Shown here: positions 19,195 to 30,100 of the stretch, piece by piece
How positions within the stretch are numbered: the first letter of the stretch is position 1
How the letters are laid out: each line of letters begins with the position of its first letter
Virus record (IMG/VR): IMGVR_UViG_3300022752_000019
Location: 32,001-96,000 of that record
DNA: 64,000 nt
Strand: one strand, 5' to 3'
Origin: a virus
Notes under the pieces: model-generated
The model's database searches: none
What the model saw: only the letters and a program-made list of their open reading frames with translations
Told to the model about the DNA's origin: nothing
Program-made: the position numbers and the translations under genes

Positions 19195-19217
19195 CCGTCA
19201 TAAGAACTTTGCTCACG
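19195..19217 (+). promoter_or_regulatory. Candidate phage promoter CCGTCATAAGAACTTTGCTCACG
   Basis: Lies in the divergent gap between terL and the 19242 gene; near-identical to the 15640 site. Confidence 0.6.
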
Positions 19218-19241
19218 ATGAGCATAAGGGGGTTTCTTTCA

Positions 19242-19832
19242 ATGAGCAACCACAACACCGTTGTCGCCGGATATGAGGTCCGGCAGATCAGGGGCGAGCA
19301 GTCACTCGCCCTCGTTCTCCACGTCATGAACGTGGAGGACTTCACGAGCTGGACGACCATCCGGCTCGTCACGGAAGAGCCGCGCGAGATCGCGGCGTTC
19401 CTCGCGGCTCGCGCCGACAAGTTCGGCCAGAGCCTCCGCATCAGCGAGAGCGCGCGCCCGCTCAAGCTCAACATCAAAGGCAAGGAGACGGTCGGAAAGG
19501 TGGCGGGTCACTCGGTGACGTACGACACCTGGTTCGGCCTCCGCGCGTGGGTGTGGGTCGACATGGCTGGCGAAGGCGGGCAGGTTAACGTCCCGGCTCT
19601 CGTGACGGAGGTCGCCGCAGGCGAGATCCGAAAGGAAGCCGAGAAGACGGGATGCACCGTCGGCGATATACTCAAAGAGTACATCGCCGGTACGGTGCCC
19701 GAGCTTCAAACCCAATACAAGCTCCGGGACGTGTACCCGGTTATGCTTGATGGGCATGGCCGATACCACCTCGCCAACTTCACCCCCGAGCCTGCGGTGG
19801 GTTCCGCTGGCAGCGAAGAGCTTCCAGCGTAG
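19242..19832 (+). CDS. Hypothetical protein
   Basis: Start MSNHNT after AAGGGGG; high GC3 codon usage. Confidence 0.7.
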   Translation: MSNHNTVVAGYEVRQIRGEQSLALVLHVMNVEDFTSWTTIRLVTEEPREIAAFLAARADKFGQSLRISESARPLKLNIKGKETVGKVAGHSVTYDTWFGLRAWVWVDMAGEGGQVNVPALVTEVAAGEIRKEAEKTGCTVGDILKEYIAGTVPELQTQYKLRDVYPVMLDGHGRYHLANFTPEPAVGSAGSEELPA

Positions 19833-19845
19833 CCTCCTCGGAGAC

Positions 19846-20085
19846 ATGTACGGATGGGATCTGTTGCCGCAGGTGGACCCCCTCAAGTGGGTGTTCCACC
19901 TGCGGCTGTGTCGCCACATTAACCAGCAAGAGGTCCCTTTTTTTAGGTCACTCCTCAAGGAATGGTGTGAGGCGAACGACGCCGTATACAAAAAGTCCCA
20001 CTGGGAAAAGTGGGACTTTAAGGCGGTTATCCTAATCAAGGGCCTTGGGCCTGTTCGCGAAAACGACCCGTTTCAGGCCTCCTGA
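19846..20085 (+). CDS. Small hypothetical protein
   Basis: SD GGAG before MYGWDLL; 79 aa. Confidence 0.5.
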   Translation: MYGWDLLPQVDPLKWVFHLRLCRHINQQEVPFFRSLLKEWCEANDAVYKKSHWEKWDFKAVILIKGLGPVRENDPFQAS

Positions 20086-20429
20086 AGGCACCTGTCTACC
20101 AGCCCAAGAAACTTCTCGGTGTAATGCAGGTAGTTGAAGAAGGGCGTGTCACAGACCCCCTTTGCGCGGACTGCGAGAGACTCAAACTCCGGGACATACG
20201 CCGCGCTGAAGTCGTCGGTCTTCCCGAAGTGGGCTTCGATGATCTCGGCGAGTAGCGTCTGGAAGTCCGCATGGCGGACATTGAAGAACTGGTAGATCAG
20301 ATCGTCTCCCTTGGAGACGATGACCGCCTTGAACTTCTTCCCTCGGTACTCTGCGCGGGGAGGAACGGTGACCTTGAGTTCGTGTCCCGGCTCTGAGCGC
20401 GCGGGATCTTTCATGAAGTCAGGTGTCAT
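20073..20429 (-). CDS. Hypothetical protein
   Basis: 118 aa, coupled to the upstream gene. Confidence 0.65.
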   Translation of the reverse strand: MTPDFMKDPARSEPGHELKVTVPPRAEYRGKKFKAVIVSKGDDLIYQFFNVRHADFQTLLAEIIEAHFGKTDDFSAAYVPEFESLAVRAKGVCDTPFFNYLHYTEKFLGLVDRCLQEA

Positions 20430-21007
20430 TAGCCAATGTCCGCGTAGAGCCGAAAGCGCGCGTCGGTGTGCGCGTGATGGAGTACGAAGCTTGCCCAGTT
20501 TGCCGAAACGGGGAACTCGAATGTGTACTTCTCACCGACAGTGAGCAGGCTGCTCTTGAAGACGTACTCGGCGACGTCAGCGTTGTACTTTGACGACGAA
20601 TACTCCGGAGCAGTCAGCTGCCGGAACCAGTCTGACGCAGTGGCGAGATCTGGATCCCCGAGGTTTGAAAGACGTAGGTTGAGATGGAGGTCGGCAGACG
20701 ACGCCGCCAGTACCTCAATGCCGAAGATGATCTTTGAGGCATTGGCAACGTTGATCTTGTCTGAGTAGTGCCCGGCTGCAATGGCAGCGGCGTAGTTCGC
20801 CGTACTGGCTGGGCTGCCTCCAGTAACCGCTCCGTAGATTGGAGTAGTGCCTCGATCTTTGTGCGCATCGTTGCAGAAGATCGAAAGCCAGCCCGAGCTA
20901 TTGCCCGTGTAGTCAGGTCCGCCCACAAGGCCGGGAATGTTCTCTTCTTCCAAGAACGCAATCATCGCGTTCTCATCGCGGACAGTCTTAGAACGCAGCG
21001 CAGGCAT
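20429..21007 (-). CDS. Hypothetical, possibly structural beta-sandwich protein
   Basis: 192 aa, coupled by TAATG overlaps. Confidence 0.6.
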   Translation of the reverse strand: MPALRSKTVRDENAMIAFLEEENIPGLVGGPDYTGNSSGWLSIFCNDAHKDRGTTPIYGAVTGGSPASTANYAAAIAAGHYSDKINVANASKIIFGIEVLAASSADLHLNLRLSNLGDPDLATASDWFRQLTAPEYSSSKYNADVAEYVFKSSLLTVGEKYTFEFPVSANWASFVLHHAHTDARFRLYADIG

Positions 21008-21867
21008 TACTTCTTCTCCGTGAGCAGGATCTCTTCGCGCGAGCGATTTGAGATCGAACCAGTGGGGGAGAGATCTAACAAGCTTGGGATCTTCTTGGTG
21101 CCGTGAAGCACCTTGAACTTCTCGAACTTCTTAAGCGTCTCTTGAAGTGCAGTATCTCCCGCCTGCACCCGCTCGTCAATGCGCGCAAGACCACGCGCAA
21201 GGTTGCCGAGCATTTCCACCTTCTTGTCGGAGAGCGGAAGGCTCCGAGTCTCGAGGAAGGTGTGGTACAGCTCGGCGCGGACCTCCATCATGATCTTCTT
21301 GCCGTCGAGCTCTCGCCGAATGCCCATCCGGTAGGACGCGGCCTCGGGGCCGGCACGGACAGCAAGTTGGTACGCGTCGCGAAGAGTGAATGTCCTCTTC
21401 GTCGAGTCTCCGCGGAGGTACTCAACCCAGTCGCCGACACCCATGATGTCGGAGTTCCAGAAGTAGTGCTTGAACTCGGCGATGGCGAGTTCGGACACCT
21501 CGAAGCCAATCTCCTTTATCTGGGACGATGCTTCGTGGAATGGAACTCCTGCCATCACCAGAGTCTCGACCTTCTCTCTCAGCGGGGCAGAGAGGAGGAT
21601 CTTCTCGCGCATCTCAATGGTGTGCTTGTCTGGGAACACCAGTGAGTAGAGCTTGTTCTTGCGCAGCCATGACGATGTCGGGCGATGCTTTGAGTCCCAC
21701 GGACGAAAATCCGCAGGAGGCTTCAGAGATTCACGGCACCGCTTGAAGTCCTCTTCGGAGATCTCCGAGAGTCCGTGCATCTCCAGGTTCAGGTTGACAT
21801 CGTCATACGACAACGCCGCCCCGATTACGAGGAGATACTTGACGAAGAATTCAGCGGGATGGGCCAT
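21007..21867 (-). CDS. Hypothetical helical protein
   Basis: 286 aa in-operon ORF with typical codon usage. Confidence 0.7.
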   Translation of the reverse strand: MAHPAEFFVKYLLVIGAALSYDDVNLNLEMHGLSEISEEDFKRCRESLKPPADFRPWDSKHRPTSSWLRKNKLYSLVFPDKHTIEMREKILLSAPLREKVETLVMAGVPFHEASSQIKEIGFEVSELAIAEFKHYFWNSDIMGVGDWVEYLRGDSTKRTFTLRDAYQLAVRAGPEAASYRMGIRRELDGKKIMMEVRAELYHTFLETRSLPLSDKKVEMLGNLARGLARIDERVQAGDTALQETLKKFEKFKVLHGTKKIPSLLDLSPTGSISNRSREEILLTEKK

Positions 21868-21868
21868 C

Positions 21869-23374
21869 TCAGACCTGGTACGTCTTGAGACTCTTTAGCC
21901 CATTGATCACGTCCTCGAGAGCGAACATCGCCCGAACAGCCGCAGTCTTTGGGATGCTCTGGAGACCGATCTGTGCGGCAAGCACTACGCTCGCAAGCTT
22001 GGTGGACGCCTCCTCAAGCTGAGGCAGGAACTCGATGAACGTCTCAACGTTCTCGGGGTTGAGGAAGTTGAGAGCCAGGACAGCATCAACCGAGGCAGTG
22101 TCTACCAGGGCAGATGCCTTCTTGTCGAACGTGATCGCGGAGATCTCCTTCAAAAGGTTCACCCTCTGAGGGAACTGTGTCTCCAACAGCTCGACTGCCG
22201 CTTCCTTTAGAGCATCCTCGTACACCTCTTCCCGAGAAGAGAGAGGACGTAGCCCGAAGAGGCGAATGGGCTGTCCGGTGGACGCTGCCTTCTCGAGACA
22301 CGCGGCGCTGAGGTTCTGAGGCATGCCGGCAGCGGCAAGCCAGAACACCCCGTCTACCCAGTCATGCTCGCCCGATCCAATCTTCTCAAAGACCGGACCG
22401 CTGAGGCGACATCCTCCTTCCCAGGCACGAATCTCCACCATCGTCTCATAGGCGTTCGCCTGTGCCGCCTTCATCAGCTCGTTACCAGACGCAAGCTGAA
22501 TGGGGTTCTCGAGCGGCATGAACTTGTAGTCTGGAGGAATCGCGATGTCCGTCGTCGAGGACGCGGTTGGGCGTAGCAGCCCAGGAGAGGGAATGATGCG
22601 GATGTCGTTCCCATTCATGTCCTGGGCGGCGAAATAGCCATTCCCCTCTACAGTTACCTTGGTCACGATGTTGTAGGGCACTGTGCAGATGATCGCCTTG
22701 CCATTGGTCTTGACGAATACGCCAAGACCGCGGACATCCGGGTTCTCGGGAATCGGCAGATTGTGGCTAACGCCGATGAGAGATCCGGAGATACCCGGCT
22801 GTGCCGAGTAAGCGGACCCGTTTGTGAACAGTGCAATCCCGGTGGGCCCGCCCTGAATGGGATCGAACAGATTGGGAATGACGTGCCCGATGACCTGCTT
22901 TCCCGTTTCCGCGTTGGTGACCTTGTAGAGTCCGAAGGCCGTAACGGGAGCCATCTGTTCAACCAGAGGGTCCGGCTCAGCCTGAACGCCGGTTACAGTC
23001 GCAGCCCCCTGCTGATCCGCTGCCTGGAGCATCTCAGGAGGAAGCACCTGCTGCGCCTGTTGCGCGGAGACCTGTGTCTCCTGTGGCGCCATTCCGGCAG
23101 GAGCTGCGGATACCTTGATGACGTAACCGTAGCCCTGGGGCCGTACCTGAACAACATCGGTACCCGGGGTAAACCGAGTGGACGCAATCTTCGCCAGGGC
23201 GCCGTGCTCAATAATCGGCTTCGATGTTACTCGACGCAGGCATTCCATAACAGAAGCGTTTTTCTCAATCATTCTACGAACGTCAGCATCGGCGAAGGTA
23301 TCGTCAAAGCGAGCAAAATCGCTCCGGTTGATTGTACCGGCAATCGCGGAGCAGAGGCTGGCAGGCGTTTTCAT
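21869..23374 (-). CDS. KxA-rich virion protein (hypothetical)
   Basis: AKIAS, EKAAS, LKEAA, DKKAS, TKLAS, PKTAA. Confidence 0.75.
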   Translation of the reverse strand: MKTPASLCSAIAGTINRSDFARFDDTFADADVRRMIEKNASVMECLRRVTSKPIIEHGALAKIASTRFTPGTDVVQVRPQGYGYVIKVSAAPAGMAPQETQVSAQQAQQVLPPEMLQAADQQGAATVTGVQAEPDPLVEQMAPVTAFGLYKVTNAETGKQVIGHVIPNLFDPIQGGPTGIALFTNGSAYSAQPGISGSLIGVSHNLPIPENPDVRGLGVFVKTNGKAIICTVPYNIVTKVTVEGNGYFAAQDMNGNDIRIIPSPGLLRPTASSTTDIAIPPDYKFMPLENPIQLASGNELMKAAQANAYETMVEIRAWEGGCRLSGPVFEKIGSGEHDWVDGVFWLAAAGMPQNLSAACLEKAASTGQPIRLFGLRPLSSREEVYEDALKEAAVELLETQFPQRVNLLKEISAITFDKKASALVDTASVDAVLALNFLNPENVETFIEFLPQLEEASTKLASVVLAAQIGLQSIPKTAAVRAMFALEDVINGLKSLKTYQV

Positions 23375-23385
23375 TGGAATTCCTG

Positions 23386-24390
23386 TTAGTTCTTAGACTT
23401 GCGGAACTTTTCGTGTTCCTTGGATCGATGGGAAACTCCGAAGCCAAGTCCAGCCCCTACAAGGCCAGAAAGAGTCGGAACTCCGTACCTCTCCAGGGCC
23501 TTAGCATCGGAAATATCCTTGTAATTAGGCTCAAACGTTAGTAGTCTTAGCTCTTCTATCTTAGCTCTTCTGTCTCCCACTGACGCGACGGCCTCGTTCT
23601 TGCTCTCAAGAATGTCCGCCCTGTCCTTCTTCATCTTCTGAAGTTCAGACCGAAGACTCATGACCTGCTGCTCTTTGGCCCGTAGCTCCTTTAAATGCTC
23701 ATTGAGATAGGCCTTTGCAATTAGCGTATTCTGATCTTTTGGTCCCTTGGCTTTTCTTAGATCTCGATATGCAGTTTGTGAATTGCTTACAGACTGCTTT
23801 AAGGATTGAATATCGTTGGTCATGAGGTCGTTGATCTGCGACATCGTCGAGGAGTATGCCTTCTTGAGATCCTCCGTCTGTGAGGCATAGCTTGCGATGC
23901 TTTTTTGTAGATCAGAGATAGCCTTTTTGTGGTCTCCCATCTCTGTCTGTACAGTCTTTGAAAAGGCAGACCGCGCCTTAGATAGTCGAGACGTCGGACC
24001 AATACCGCCAAGAACAGCTCCGGCGATACCTCCAACAGCCGCTCCCCGTGCTCCTTCTCTTACCGCATCATCGCCAGAGCCCTTTGCGCCGACTCCGGCA
24101 CCTGCCAGCGCCCCCGCTCCAGCGGACAGCCCAACGCGATGAGTAACCGGATTCTTGAAGATCTCCGAAAGTCGCGAAGTCACGGAAGCTACCTTGGCGC
24201 GACCTGCCTCAAGGAAGTCGTCGCAAACACTTTCCGGTTCCGCCTCAAACGAGAACTTCTCGCAGTATCCTGCGCCGTCATTTAGCGCCCGGAAGTACGA
24301 GCAGGTCTCACAGCGAGCATCGGAGGCGGTTGGGCGATAGTTGGGAGCATCTTCTACTCCGGCAATCTTTGGCCAAAACGGAATCATCAC
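23386..24390 (-). CDS. Cys-motif + glycine-zipper + coiled-coil protein (lower GC)
   Basis: PKIAG, a small C..C/C/C domain, AKVAS, Gly zippers, a long basic coiled coil, and a C-terminal Gly zipper. Confidence 0.7.
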   Translation of the reverse strand: MMIPFWPKIAGVEDAPNYRPTASDARCETCSYFRALNDGAGYCEKFSFEAEPESVCDDFLEAGRAKVASVTSRLSEIFKNPVTHRVGLSAGAGALAGAGVGAKGSGDDAVREGARGAAVGGIAGAVLGGIGPTSRLSKARSAFSKTVQTEMGDHKKAISDLQKSIASYASQTEDLKKAYSSTMSQINDLMTNDIQSLKQSVSNSQTAYRDLRKAKGPKDQNTLIAKAYLNEHLKELRAKEQQVMSLRSELQKMKKDRADILESKNEAVASVGDRRAKIEELRLLTFEPNYKDISDAKALERYGVPTLSGLVGAGLGFGVSHRSKEHEKFRKSKN

Positions 24391-25643
24391 ATACCTCCGC
24401 CGGAAGGAGAGACCAGTTTATACGAGCTTCCGTCCTTGTAGAAGAGCAAGAACATGCCCTGAATCGGCCGACCAGATCGATGAGCGTCTACTTCTGCCTT
24501 CATGAGCGGTCCGAGGATCTTACGCAACGCCGTCTGGTCCTTTTCCTTCTCGAGATTAGCTGCTACAGACTTAGGAACGCCAACTGTATAAGGAGTGCCG
24601 CTAATCTCGTAGTACTGTAGGTCCATTGGCGCTACACCCGCAGCCACCTTAAACTTACTACCCTTGAGAACCACGGACGCCGGAACCCTGTTTGCGGAAC
24701 CAAATGCAAGCTGAGCAGCGGCCCCCTTGAATTCCTCTACACCTTCCTCCCTGGTTCCGACTCTGGGCAGGCCCAGCCTTTCACGTTCGCGCTGTCTGCT
24801 CATTAGGCCGTATTCTTTTAGACCGATGTTGACAGCACTGACTCCCGATGAGATAGTAGCAGAGCCTTTTGCGCCCTTGAGCGCACCTTCTACCAAGGAG
24901 GACCCTGCCTCTCTGGCGGATTTTGCTCCTCGATACCCTCCGAGAGATAGACCAACACCCATCGGCAGCATGATTGACTTAAGGCTATCCTTGGTTCGAG
25001 CTACCAAGCCTTGTTGCGTAAGAAATCGATCCTTGGCCTCTGCTTTACGAAGGTTGGCGAGATTTTCAAGCTGCAAAGGCGTCATCTGAAATGCGTCAGT
25101 AGTCCGCAACTCTGCTGAGCTCAGCTTGTTGATGCCCATGGACGATGCGCCGTCGCCAACCACACGTCCAAAACCCTGACGCTGTTGGTATGGCGGATAC
25201 ATCTGATCGATCAGGGACTTCTGCCTCTGTGGCTGATCCGCCGGACCCTGGAACATGGCAGGGTTGAGAAGAGACGCCTGAACCCTTTCGGCAGTCAGTG
25301 GGTAAACGTTTCCGCCGAGTTCGAAGGTGTGAAATGGCTGAAGTTGGCGGTCTGCCACAATGATCGGGATGCGCACGATGTTCTGCGGGTTCTTCGAGGC
25401 AGTGGCCGCAGCGGGATCGTTCTTCGCCATCACAAGAGCATGGCCGAAGGCAAAGCCCGCTTCGGGCTCTACCCGCTGCATGTGAAGGTCAATCTCGTAC
25501 TGAGATAGGAACGGGAGCTGAAGGTGCAGGTTTGACAGAACGTGCGCCGGCCACTTCGCATCATCATCGGGCATGGCTGCGATCGACGCCTGCTTCTCGA
25601 AGAACGCATGCGGATTGACCGGCTTGAGGAACAGGGACGTCAT
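24387..25643 (-). CDS. Virion protein with genome-typical N-half and lower-GC C-terminal module
   Basis: EKQAS near the N-terminus; composition changes after NKLSS (25116-25127). Confidence 0.7.
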   Translation of the reverse strand: MTSLFLKPVNPHAFFEKQASIAAMPDDDAKWPAHVLSNLHLQLPFLSQYEIDLHMQRVEPEAGFAFGHALVMAKNDPAAATASKNPQNIVRIPIIVADRQLQPFHTFELGGNVYPLTAERVQASLLNPAMFQGPADQPQRQKSLIDQMYPPYQQRQGFGRVVGDGASSMGINKLSSAELRTTDAFQMTPLQLENLANLRKAEAKDRFLTQQGLVARTKDSLKSIMLPMGVGLSLGGYRGAKSAREAGSSLVEGALKGAKGSATISSGVSAVNIGLKEYGLMSRQRERERLGLPRVGTREEGVEEFKGAAAQLAFGSANRVPASVVLKGSKFKVAAGVAPMDLQYYEISGTPYTVGVPKSVAANLEKEKDQTALRKILGPLMKAEVDAHRSGRPIQGMFLLFYKDGSSYKLVSPSGGGM

Positions 25644-25655
25644 GCAGACCTCGTA

Positions 25656-26762
25656 TCAATCGGCTTCGAGCACGGTTGACAGGAACGGACTTCGAGTAGC
25701 GAGAGACGCTACGATATCACTAAGAAGCGCGTCTGTCGCAGGAGTAGCAGGAATGCCGAGAGACGCCAGGGCACCCTTAATCTCGGTGAGCGAGTCTTGT
25801 AGCTTCCCGAGAAAGTCTGTGCCCAGTAGGACAGGCTGAGATTCCGAACCAGAATTACTTGTGATTCGGATTTTCCCATCCAGTGTTACTCGCGCGTCTC
25901 CCTTACGTGCGATTTCGCACACAAACGATCGACTTGCGCTCTCGTCTGCGCTCTCATCTGGACACACGCTGAATCGGTAGACCACTGCCGCCGTATCGAA
26001 AGACGCCGGCTTCTTCATCGTGACGACCAGTGGAGTGAGGACTCCGAGTTCTCCCTCCACCTGTAGTGTGACTGGAGTATCGACCAGTGCCGGGACTGCG
26101 ATCGGCCCGTCGAGCTCAAGACGACTTAGTGCTCCGCTTGCGGGGTCGCGGATTGATCCAGCCTCAGAGCTGACTGTCCATCCTCCTGAGTTGACGTACT
26201 CCCTGGCTCTGAAAGTATACGCACACGTCAGGTCTCCGAACGCATCTTCCTCTCTGCCATAGGACTTCCACTCCATTGAGCCGCCGAACGTCTCGACTTT
26301 CCAATTCTCTGCAATTGTTAGGATCTGGTTGATGAATGGATTTGTGACGATGCGGGATAGAGCGGTCCCGCGGAACTCAGTCACACCACCTCTACGCGCG
26401 ATGATCCCATTCCCATCCCGGGTCAGGATCGCCATGTCTCCTGGGGAGAGGTAGGGTCTTCCTGAATGATAGGAGCCGGGCTGCCCGTCCTGCGTGGCAG
26501 CGGAGGGCTGAGGTGCTGACAACAGCAAGAACGCCCCAGCACCGTCCGAAGGCGCGCAGACGAAGCACAGAGCGCCCACCTCGGGCATGTAGTGAATCCC
26601 CTCCCCCGACGGAGTCGAGTAGAGAGAGGGGATGATGACGTTGGTAAACTCCCTCTTTACCGTGTCGCAGTAGACCACACAGGTCCAGCGTGCCGAATCG
26701 ACGAGAACAACTCGGCCCTGAAGGACTGTGGGTTGCGATGGCCGTAGAGGCTTACTCGTCAT
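25656..26762 (-). CDS. Baseplate central spike (gpV/gp5 OB-fold-like), probable
   Basis: GRVVLVD...MPEVGALCFV OB-fold pattern, beta-strand middle region, and QPVLLG..F C-terminal motif. Confidence 0.6.
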   Translation of the reverse strand: MTSKPLRPSQPTVLQGRVVLVDSARWTCVVYCDTVKREFTNVIIPSLYSTPSGEGIHYMPEVGALCFVCAPSDGAGAFLLLSAPQPSAATQDGQPGSYHSGRPYLSPGDMAILTRDGNGIIARRGGVTEFRGTALSRIVTNPFINQILTIAENWKVETFGGSMEWKSYGREEDAFGDLTCAYTFRAREYVNSGGWTVSSEAGSIRDPASGALSRLELDGPIAVPALVDTPVTLQVEGELGVLTPLVVTMKKPASFDTAAVVYRFSVCPDESADESASRSFVCEIARKGDARVTLDGKIRITSNSGSESQPVLLGTDFLGKLQDSLTEIKGALASLGIPATPATDALLSDIVASLATRSPFLSTVLEAD

Positions 26763-27182
26763 TCAGCGGTCCGACGAAGGGCGGCCCAGCAGATATCCAG
26801 TTCCAAGAGCCCCAGCACCCAGCGCCCCAGCTCCGAGAGTTCCGGCTCCAATAAGAGCCGCCGTGTCTCTATTGGCAGCAACTCCATCTGATGCGCGGGT
26901 CAGCGCCTTGCCGAGTGTTTCACGCACTCCTCCGGCAGTAGCCCCTCCCGATAGCATTCTGCCCAGACCACCGGCTGCATTTCCGACTGCGTCGCCGACC
27001 GCAGCTAAGCCGCGTCCTGTCGCCGATAGAACAGCCTCTTTCTGCATGTGTGCGTCGAATGCTCGAAGATAAGCTTCCGGCATCTGCCCGTCGCAAGTGC
27101 CAAAATTTCTGATGATGAACTCTGCACGCTTTTCTTGTTCCACGAGTTGAAGAGCAACCCGATACGCTGCAATCTTGTTCAC
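26763..27182 (-). CDS. KxA + glycine-zipper virion protein
   Basis: NKIAA, EKRA, QKEA, then GAGTLGAGALGAGALG. Confidence 0.7.
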   Translation of the reverse strand: MNKIAAYRVALQLVEQEKRAEFIIRNFGTCDGQMPEAYLRAFDAHMQKEAVLSATGRGLAAVGDAVGNAAGGLGRMLSGGATAGGVRETLGKALTRASDGVAANRDTAALIGAGTLGAGALGAGALGTGYLLGRPSSDR

Positions 27183-27191
27183 GAGGGCCTC

Positions 27192-30100
27192 TCAGAAAAA
27201 GGAAAGAAAACCAGAGGTTTTTCTCTCGGAGGGAGTTGTTGGGGCAGGCTTTCCAGGCAAAGTTGCCTTCGGCACGTTCACCATTCTATCAGGAACGCCC
27301 GGGGCGTTCGGAAGCTTAACAGCGCCCGGGGGCTCTAATCCGAACTCGGCTCCGTGCGCGATTCCCGCGATCGGATGGCCGTGGATGTCAGACTTCCAGT
27401 TTTGAGCAGCACCTTCGACGTAGGTCTCCTCGAGGCGCTGGAAGTTCAGGCGAGCCATCCAGTCCTCCTGACCGGCCAGCGGCATCTTGTTCATCGCCTT
27501 GAGCTGTGGCGTGTGCTTGATCTCGCGCTTGTTCATGGAGCGAAGCTCCTTGTTTTTGCGCTCAATCTCCGACATGGGAACAAGTTGCCCACGCAAGTAT
27601 GCGTGATCGTCGCCAGGGTCATCTACCCGAGTAAGGTCCGTCATTGCGCGAATGACGGTCTCGATGTTCCTACGACGCTCGTTGCCGGTCGTCTCGACGT
27701 ATAGCTCGTTGAGGCTGTCCGCGATGTGCGTGCGAACCGCGCCCATGTTCTTCGTGATGGCAAGGATGTCGTGCGGGTTCTTTCTCCCCTCAGAGAGGGC
27801 CTCTGCCTTGTCGACTTCAACTCCAACTCGGATCGAGGGGAGAAGCGGACTTGTGAACGGAACGACGTGCTGTTTCCCGTCAATGGTGACAATCTTTCCG
27901 CCGAGCGCGTCGTTTTCGATCTTCTCGACCTTGCCCGCAACGGTAGATAGGACTGCTGCTCCCTTGAGCTTCTTGGGAACCTTGAACAAGTCCTCGGCAG
28001 CGGTGAAGTAGTCGCCCACGCCGCTTGTCCCTCCGACACCTCCGGTGTGGAAGGTGCGCATCTGCATCTGCGTGATGGGCTCGCCGAGTGCGTGGCCTGC
28101 GATGATGCCAACGTTTGTGCCGATTGGGTATAGGGAGCCGCGCTCACTGAGTCCGTAGCAAGTGGCGCAGATCCCCTTGACCTCGTTGCAGTGGAGGGGA
28201 GAGCGAACAAGGATCTTCTTCGGCCCGTCGTTCTTGATCTTGGAACGGATCTGCGGAGTGATGAGCGTTCCCTTGGGAATGGCCTCCCCTCCCTTGAGCG
28301 GAACTTCTCCGGCAAGGAAGCGCCCCTCGATGTCTGCCTCCATCGAAGAAAGCAGCGCACCGCGAATCGTTCCGCAGTCCTTCGACTTGATCGTGTTGTC
28401 GATGACGGTGTTGATGAGCTCCTTGGTCAGCGCACCAGGCTTGGCCGTTGCCGAGGCGCGATCGATGGTTCCTTTCCGAGCACCATGCAGCGACGCATAG
28501 TACTGCGAGACTGGAAGTCCCTCTCCAAAGGACTTGGTGATGGCAAAAGGCACGGTCTGATTCATCGGATCCTGCACCAGCATGGGCCCCATGACCATCT
28601 GACCGAACTGGTTCCAGTCGCCCTTTGCGCCAGACCGTGCCCAGTCCCACATGCGGTTGTCGAGGCGAGAGTTGTACCTGGCCTCCCCAACCTGCTTCAG
28701 CTCCTTCTGCGCCTTTTGGTACAGCGCGATGATCTTCTCATCCTTCTGCTGCTTGGAGCCCGAACCCTTGAGGATGGAGTCCTCTTCCTTCTTGTACTTG
28801 ACGAGAACCTCGTCCCGAAGCTTGAAACCGTCGTGGAAGTCGTTGATAGATACGCTGGACCCATTCTTGAAGGCAAGGTTGAACCCAATCGTCTTCCACT
28901 GGTCGATCATCTTTGAGAACTCTTCTGGTTCCGCGCGAGCTACACGCGTGGCAAACCGCTTCATGGAGCCTTTCGCCATACGGAAGCTCGGATCGTAGAG
29001 GAGATCCTCATCGCCCTTGAACTGCTGCGGAAGGGTCGCATTAATCATCAACCGACCAGCCGTAGTGGGTTTCTTTAGCCCCTTGACTTTGATGACGTTG
29101 TACGACTTAATCTTGCCAGCCTTCACAGCCTGGATCGCCTGTTCTTCCGTAAATTCTCCCGAAACCGGCTTGCCCCATTCCGTCGCCTGGAAGATGCCGA
29201 GCACCGAGTCCTGGCTCGGAGTCACCATGAGACCTCCACTCGTCGGAGAGAAGAGGTTCTTCGAGGGCATCATGTTCTTGGCTTCTTGTACTGCGGCATC
29301 CGTGATGGGCACGTAGAGGGCCATCGTGTCACCGTCGAAGTCCGCGTTGAAGCCTCCAGTCACGAGGGGATGGATCTTGATGGACTTGCCCTCAATCAGC
29401 CGAGGACGGAAAGCCAAGATTGAGAACAGGTGAAGCGCGGGGTCACGCTTCATCATCGCAGGACGATCGCGGACAACTCTCTCGAGTGCCTCATTTGCGG
29501 CAGGATGGTTCTTCTTGATCATCATACGCGCCTCGCCCGGAGACGTGGCCCGCCCCATGTTGCGCCACAGCTCCTTGATGACGAAGGGCTTGTACATCTC
29601 CATCGCCATCTCTCGAGGGACGCCGACCTCATCAAGCGGCATTTCGGGGTCGGGCGTGATGACCGAACGACCCGAGAGATCTTGACGCTTCCCGAGAACA
29701 CCTGACTGGAAGAACGACTGCTTCGGCTGCCGAAGGCCCGTCATCTTGTCCATGAGGGAAGGGACCTGCTTGCCTTCCATCTGCATGCCGGTGACACGCA
29801 GCGCCTTGGTCGTCTCATAGATCTGTGCCTGGACCTTCTGAATCTCTCCAATCGGCATCTTCTCTTTTTCTGCCTGCTCGAGCTGCTTCACCATCTGCCC
29901 AATGATGGCGTACATCTTGTTCGCAGGGTCGATGATCTGTGTGCCATCGAAGCCAATGCTTACGCGGCGCAGAGAGGGGGGAAGAACAGGCAGGACCTTG
30001 TTGGTGTACGCATCAACCGGCTTGATACCAAGTTCTTTCAGCGCCCGAAGGTAGCGCACCCTCTTGTACGCGACGTTCAGCTCGTTCTCGCTTGCCTCAG

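Noticed and set aside
19210-19224. 6-bp hairpin TGCTCA-CGA-TGAGCA as an N4-type hairpin promoter
   Set aside because: No equivalent hairpin is clearly conserved at the other GTCATAA sites; too weak to claim.
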